A DNA stretch of 64,000 nt from an uncultured virus (IMG/VR IMGVR_UViG_2831345111_000005). Taxonomy: Duplodnaviria > Heunggongvirae > Uroviricota > Caudoviricetes. Below the pieces are notes generated by a model. That model had not been told where the DNA came from. It saw only the letters and a program-made list of their open reading frames with translations, and searched no databases. The translations under genes were made by a program, and so were the position numbers. Position 1 is the stretch's first letter. The number at the start of each line of letters is the position of its first letter. Positions 59,858 to 64,000 of this stretch are shown piece by piece. The stretch is taken from the IMG/VR virus record IMGVR_UViG_2831345111_000005; one strand, written 5' to 3'.

Positions 59858-60432
59858 GCGGCGTCCACCAGCACGGTCTTTTTGAGTTCCGCGACCTGGA
59901 TGGCTGTGCCAGCGCCGAATACGGCATCAATCTGCTCAGCATAGCGCAAAATCAACGCTTTCGTTAAACGCGTATCCTTGGTTCCTGGCTCACGATGATT
60001 ATTGGTGAGGTCCCGATGATTGCGGTGGCGTTGTTCCGGATTTTCACCATGTACTTCCAGTTCGCCAGGAGTGTACACGCTGGGCTCTAACTGGCTCGCC
60101 CAAAACTTGCTGCCATATCGCCAAATCAAACGAAGTGCACCTTTTCGCGCAAGGACGATACCCTCAGCGCTAAAATCGGTTCCATTTTCATACCTTGGCG
60201 CAACTTCAAATAACCCGGAGTTCTTCCGTCCGCCGTTCTTTCGCTTATCGCGGGCGGTTTCGGCTTTATTATGCTCGATGGCGAGTATCTCCTCGCGCTC
60301 CCTCAAATTCGAAAGAAACTTATGAATTTCAGGCACCGCCGAATCATCCCCCTCGTTCACACGCGTAAGCAAGTCAACAGCAGTTTCAAATTTTGAGGAG
60401 CGTTCGAGGATGGAGAGATGTTTGAATGCCAT
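59854..60432 (-). CDS. Hypothetical protein
   Basis: About 190 aa ORF. Confidence 0.6.
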   Translation of the reverse strand: MAFKHLSILERSSKFETAVDLLTRVNEGDDSAVPEIHKFLSNLREREEILAIEHNKAETARDKRKNGGRKNSGLFEVAPRYENGTDFSAEGIVLARKGALRLIWRYGSKFWASQLEPSVYTPGELEVHGENPEQRHRNHRDLTNNHREPGTKDTRLTKALILRYAEQIDAVFGAGTAIQVAELKKTVLVDAA

Positions 60433-60560
60433 GATGGATTCCGACTGTAAGGAATACCTTCTGAATATAGCATTATTTGCTATAATAGTCAATCAGTTAA
60501 TGTGCAACTTTGTTTCCAGTTTCGAGTTTTGTGCGTTAATCTGTTTCCGCTCCCTATACT

Positions 60561-60820
60561 GGTACATGGAAATATGGTTCCGTTTGTGTGAACCCGACGG
60601 GTAGGTAGAGTGCCCCTGTGGACGAAGCTTGAGCATTTGCTCGCTGTTGACGACGGTCGACATCCTCAAAAAGAAGTTTTACCGCAGTGACGCCTTTAAC
60701 TATCCGCCAAAACACGGACGTCCGTCAGCGACATTGAGCGTAAGCTCTGTTGTGACGATGAAAGGCCATTCTCGGTAACTTCTCTCTCCCACACCAGTTC
60801 TCTGAACTGGTGTTTGTTTT
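60561..60820 (+). ncRNA. Candidate structured ncRNA
   Basis: Intergenic; CCTATACT upstream; nested stems with G-U pairs on the + strand; terminator ACACCAGTTC/GAACTGGTGT + T-rich tail. Confidence 0.45.
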
Positions 60821-60838
60821 TATTAGAGCCTTTGAGGC

Positions 60839-61402
60839 TTAAACCCTGGCTGAGCTCATTCGCCGGTCTTTATTGGCTTTTGTATACCGAGATTTATATT
60901 CATTCTTAGGGGTACGCTTAGCTTCATAAGGTTGTCCGGCTCTGCGAGCCGCCAGATATGGCTCAAGCCCTTTGTGAAATGTGGCCCCTTGGCAAGATTT
61001 GCACAAAATCGAGCTGTGCTCGATTGCTTCCATCAACGACTCCCTAGCCATGCCGTTATGCAAAATGGCGGAAACACACGGCCCGTCAAAGTCACGATTC
61101 AAATGATAGGTTAGCTGATTAGCTGTTCCACATTTCTCACACTTAGCTGCCGCCAGACCTTCCTTCACAATTTTTTCTAAGGAAACCCGTCTTGCGGCTG
61201 CATTAATTGCTGACCGCTCGATGATTTTTTCTTTATTCGCTAAATAATGTTCTCGACTCACGATTGCTTGGCACGGCTTGCATCGAGACTGACGTTTGCC
61301 CGTTACCTTGTTCTTCAAATTGAAATCCGTAACAGGTTTTTCAACATGGCAATGACAACATTCCTTAACTTCAATGGCCTCGAGAATTTCCATACAGTTC
61401 AC
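60839..61402 (-). CDS. Zinc-finger/HNH-like protein
   Basis: CCHC...F...CKPC; CEKCG...H...LCKSC. Confidence 0.6.
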   Translation of the reverse strand: MNCMEILEAIEVKECCHCHVEKPVTDFNLKNKVTGKRQSRCKPCQAIVSREHYLANKEKIIERSAINAAARRVSLEKIVKEGLAAAKCEKCGTANQLTYHLNRDFDGPCVSAILHNGMARESLMEAIEHSSILCKSCQGATFHKGLEPYLAARRAGQPYEAKRTPKNEYKSRYTKANKDRRMSSARV

Positions 61403-61487
61403 TTAATTTCGTTTAGCAAGTAGGTAAGCTACCAAGTAAAACTGGCCGGATGGCCAGTTTTAGAGTAACTAGTTGAAATTCTTAAAG

Positions 61488-62132
61488 CTAGTATTGTGTT
61501 TCAAATGGTGTTGACTGGCTGTAGTTGCGGTTGAAGTGCTTGACGTAGGCATCAGCCAATTTTGGGTTGTTCCAGTTCACCAGCACATTCTCGGAGTTCT
61601 TGTGAGCGGCGGCGGCCGAATAGTTGAACGAGCCAAGTTCGACCGTATCCCGGTTCACGATGAGGACCTTATCATGGTGAATAGGATACACCTTGATGAC
61701 GCGCACATCGGCGCCAGCGGTCTTCAACGCAGAGAGCGCGGCACGCGCCTTGCCGGAGCGGTCTTCAGAGATGTTGTTCTTGTAGTCAGCCACCAGCTTG
61801 ATGGAAACGCCGTTATGCGCCGCCTTCACCAGCGCCTCGGTCACTGGCGCCGAGGTGAAGCTGTAGGACAGCATCAAAATTTCGCCACCCTTTTTCTCGG
61901 ACGCGGAGTTGATAACCTTGATGACCAGATTTTCGCTGCCTTCGTCAGGGGAGAAGGCAACCTCTAGTGTGCCCGCCGCCGGCACGACAGTGCTGCCCTG
62001 GTTGGAAATTGCTTTACTGACATCATGGAAGCCTTTGGTGACGTCTTTGAATGAGAATGCGTTGGCCACACCGCCAACCGCAACCATTGCCAGGGTTAAC
62101 AATGCGGATACTGCAACACGAGAGCGCGTCAT
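61488..62132 (-). CDS. nuc: Secreted phospholipase D-family endonuclease (Nuc-like)
   Basis: Signal peptide; FSP, YSFTS, HHDKVLIVN...GSFNYS.AA...NSEN. Confidence 0.88.
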   Translation of the reverse strand: MTRSRVAVSALLTLAMVAVGGVANAFSFKDVTKGFHDVSKAISNQGSTVVPAAGTLEVAFSPDEGSENLVIKVINSASEKKGGEILMLSYSFTSAPVTEALVKAAHNGVSIKLVADYKNNISEDRSGKARAALSALKTAGADVRVIKVYPIHHDKVLIVNRDTVELGSFNYSAAAAHKNSENVLVNWNNPKLADAYVKHFNRNYSQSTPFETQY

Positions 62133-62234
62133 TTCTTGCCTTTTGTTATCTAATATGGAACATGAAATATACTATATTAGGCACTTATTGTCAACTTAGG
62201 CATTTGTTAATCAGCCAAGGCATCAGGAGAAATT

Positions 62235-62483
62235 ATGGCAGAACCTTGCAGAAAACGTGCGTGGAAAAATTCCCTTGCCCAAGGCCATCTTGAGGTTTGC
62301 CCGTGGGACTCGTCCGAAGCCGTCAGTTTTGAGTTGTATTATGCTGGCATGGAAAGTTCTAGCGCCACGCTCACCTTTACCTCCAGGCTACTGGCAGACC
62401 AGGTTTGCTACGCCCTAATGAAACAATTCGAGGCAGGCAAGCGTGCGGCTAAAGTGGAACTTAAGCATTGGCTCGACAGCTAA
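62235..62483 (+). CDS. Hypothetical protein
   Basis: AGGAG RBS, terminator downstream. Confidence 0.55.
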   Translation: MAEPCRKRAWKNSLAQGHLEVCPWDSSEAVSFELYYAGMESSSATLTFTSRLLADQVCYALMKQFEAGKRAAKVELKHWLDS

Positions 62484-62565
62484 TGCAGACTCAAAGCCCC
62501 GATATTCGGGGCTTTTCGTTTGGACACAGAAAAGCCGCAAGAAAAATCTTGCGGCCTTGTGAGAG

Positions 62566-62763
62566 TTACATCAGGTTGTATTTCGACAAAAGGTGCTCAA
62601 TCGCTTGATAGTGCTCCTGCATTGCATCTACCAGGTCGGCCCCAGAGATACTGGCTTCTGCATCACCAAACCCGAGTGATTCCAGGCTTGCGCGAATGTT
62701 CGTCAGAATGACGATACCCAGTTCCTTGTCATCATTAGTCACTTGAGACAGTTTGCTTGCCAT
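62566..62763 (-). CDS. Small hypothetical protein
   Basis: GGAGG RBS. Confidence 0.55.
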   Translation of the reverse strand: MASKLSQVTNDDKELGIVILTNIRASLESLGFGDAEASISGADLVDAMQEHYQAIEHLLSKYNLM

Positions 62764-62774
62764 GATTCCTCCGC

Positions 62775-63509
62775 TTAGGGTTGAGTAAAGCTGTCACCGG
62801 ACATAAATGCCATCCAGTTGCATGCTTTACCGTAGGACTTGAAGTTCGCGTGATTCAATAACAAACCATTCTGGTTTTTTACCCAAACCCCATGCGAGTA
62901 GCCTAGAGCCGCAAGAGAGACATACTTACCCTTGCTATCGGTATACCCATCTTCGTCGGAAATCGAACGAAGTTCCATCTCCGGCAAGTGGTACTGCGGG
63001 TGCCGATACACATCTTTACGGGTTGTGACGTCAACGATACGGACAATGCAGCTGGTCAGAAGTGCAGGTCCCCCATCCTCATCATCAGAAATCAGGAGAG
63101 GGCTCTTCATTGGCCCCATGCTGCGACCAATTCTTCCCATCATATCGTGTTCGTCCATCCAGTCACGGCCTGTGGATTCGTCGCCCAGGAAAATCCGGAC
63201 ACGATTTCCACTTTTACGATAGGCCTCGAGCACCTTGCGTACCTGTTCAGGCGTGCGCGCATCAAACCAAGTTTCCTTGTCTTCGATGGCGCGATACTCC
63301 TGAAGCAGCGAAAGGTAGTCCTCGTACTGCTTGAGGGTACCGATTTCAGCGCTTTGCGGCGTTACTGAAATCGCGCGGCCGGCTTTTGCAATCCGGCTCG
63401 CAAACTCAGTGATGTAGTTATAGACTACATCAAACCCCAGGCAGCTATATCCACCGCCACTCGGGATTACAAACAAACGTTGGTCTTGATTCAGGCTGAC
63501 AGCAGTCAT
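62775..63509 (-). CDS. Hypothetical protein
   Basis: 244 aa, GAGG RBS. Confidence 0.7.
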   Translation of the reverse strand: MTAVSLNQDQRLFVIPSGGGYSCLGFDVVYNYITEFASRIAKAGRAISVTPQSAEIGTLKQYEDYLSLLQEYRAIEDKETWFDARTPEQVRKVLEAYRKSGNRVRIFLGDESTGRDWMDEHDMMGRIGRSMGPMKSPLLISDDEDGGPALLTSCIVRIVDVTTRKDVYRHPQYHLPEMELRSISDEDGYTDSKGKYVSLAALGYSHGVWVKNQNGLLLNHANFKSYGKACNWMAFMSGDSFTQP

Positions 63510-63558
63510 GATATTTCCTCATTTTGGTTAGTAACAATGAGGTATAGCGCTAAGTCGG

Positions 63559-63903
63559 CTAGAGCCGGATGATGCCCGTTTCGATGGAATCGATGGATTT
63601 CTCCAGGAAGGTCACCGAACACTTCTTGTCGTCGCCGGCAATCTCCTGAGCCATGCCCAAGGTGCTGGCAAATGTGCGCTGCAAGGTGCTGTGACGCGCC
63701 TGGACTAGCGCCGTGGTGACAGCGCCACACTCACATTTCTTTGCCCAGGCCGCGCCGGCCGGGGTGTGCTTGATGAGCGTGAATCCATTCAGGACTTCGC
63801 CGCAGGTCTTGCACTTGATGTTAATCGGGGATTCGTCTTCCTGGATGGCTTGTGCCTGCGCAATGCGTTCTGCGAGGGAACCACGTTTTCTTGCTTGACC
63901 CAT
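63559..63903 (-). CDS. Hypothetical zinc-ribbon protein
   Basis: AAGGA RBS, MGQARKRG, CKTC...CEC. Confidence 0.6.
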   Translation of the reverse strand: MGQARKRGSLAERIAQAQAIQEDESPINIKCKTCGEVLNGFTLIKHTPAGAAWAKKCECGAVTTALVQARHSTLQRTFASTLGMAQEIAGDDKKCSVTFLEKSIDSIETGIIRL

Positions 63904-64000
63904 TTTGTTTCCTTGATGGTTGGCCCAGAGGGCTGAGGTTAGAGGTACCGCTGACTTCCGACACGTCCCGGCTTTAATGCCACAACGATGCCGCGGCAAG

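Noticed and set aside
1..64000. Genome-wide stop codon reassignment implied by the UUA tRNA
   Set aside because: Recognisable genes are full length under code 11 and many end in TAA directly before terminators (release factor, topB, phoH); no in-frame TAA-split gene was found in the junctions checked
1..64000. Prophage or phage genome
   Set aside because: No terminase, capsid, portal, tail or integrase recognised; plasmid rep/partition genes present (a phage-plasmid cannot be excluded from this window)

Overview
Segment of a large extrachromosomal replicon, most likely a betaproteobacterial megaplasmid. A fae gene suggests a methylotroph host. The plasmid backbone is a TrfA-like initiator with four iterons, a ParM-like actin, topoisomerase III, a Nuc-type PLD nuclease, RecJ and a two-partner secretion locus. 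Many phage-type accessory genes are also present (Rnl1-type RNA ligase, PIN-PhoH, rIIA/rIIB-like pair, Gp37/Gp68, VRR-NUC, NinB-like), but no virion genes are recognisable. The standout is a translation-termination/RNA-repair region at about 1-17 kb. It holds (i) a domain-1-less, RF1-type (PxT + GGQ) release factor whose expression appears to require a prfB-style +1 frameshift at CTT-TGA-C, (ii) an intact-looking tRNA with anticodon UUA (ochre suppressor), (iii) two tRNA-mimic RNAs with large structured insertions, (iv) two Pth2-type peptidyl-tRNA hydrolases, a phosphoesterase-RNA ligase fusion and an HNH nuclease, and (v) a Ro60/TROVE-like DUF2828 protein preceded by a Y-RNA-like structured RNA. 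An oriented upstream motif (CGCTATAC) recurs in front of many genes. All family assignments come from motif recognition by eye; no database searches were run.
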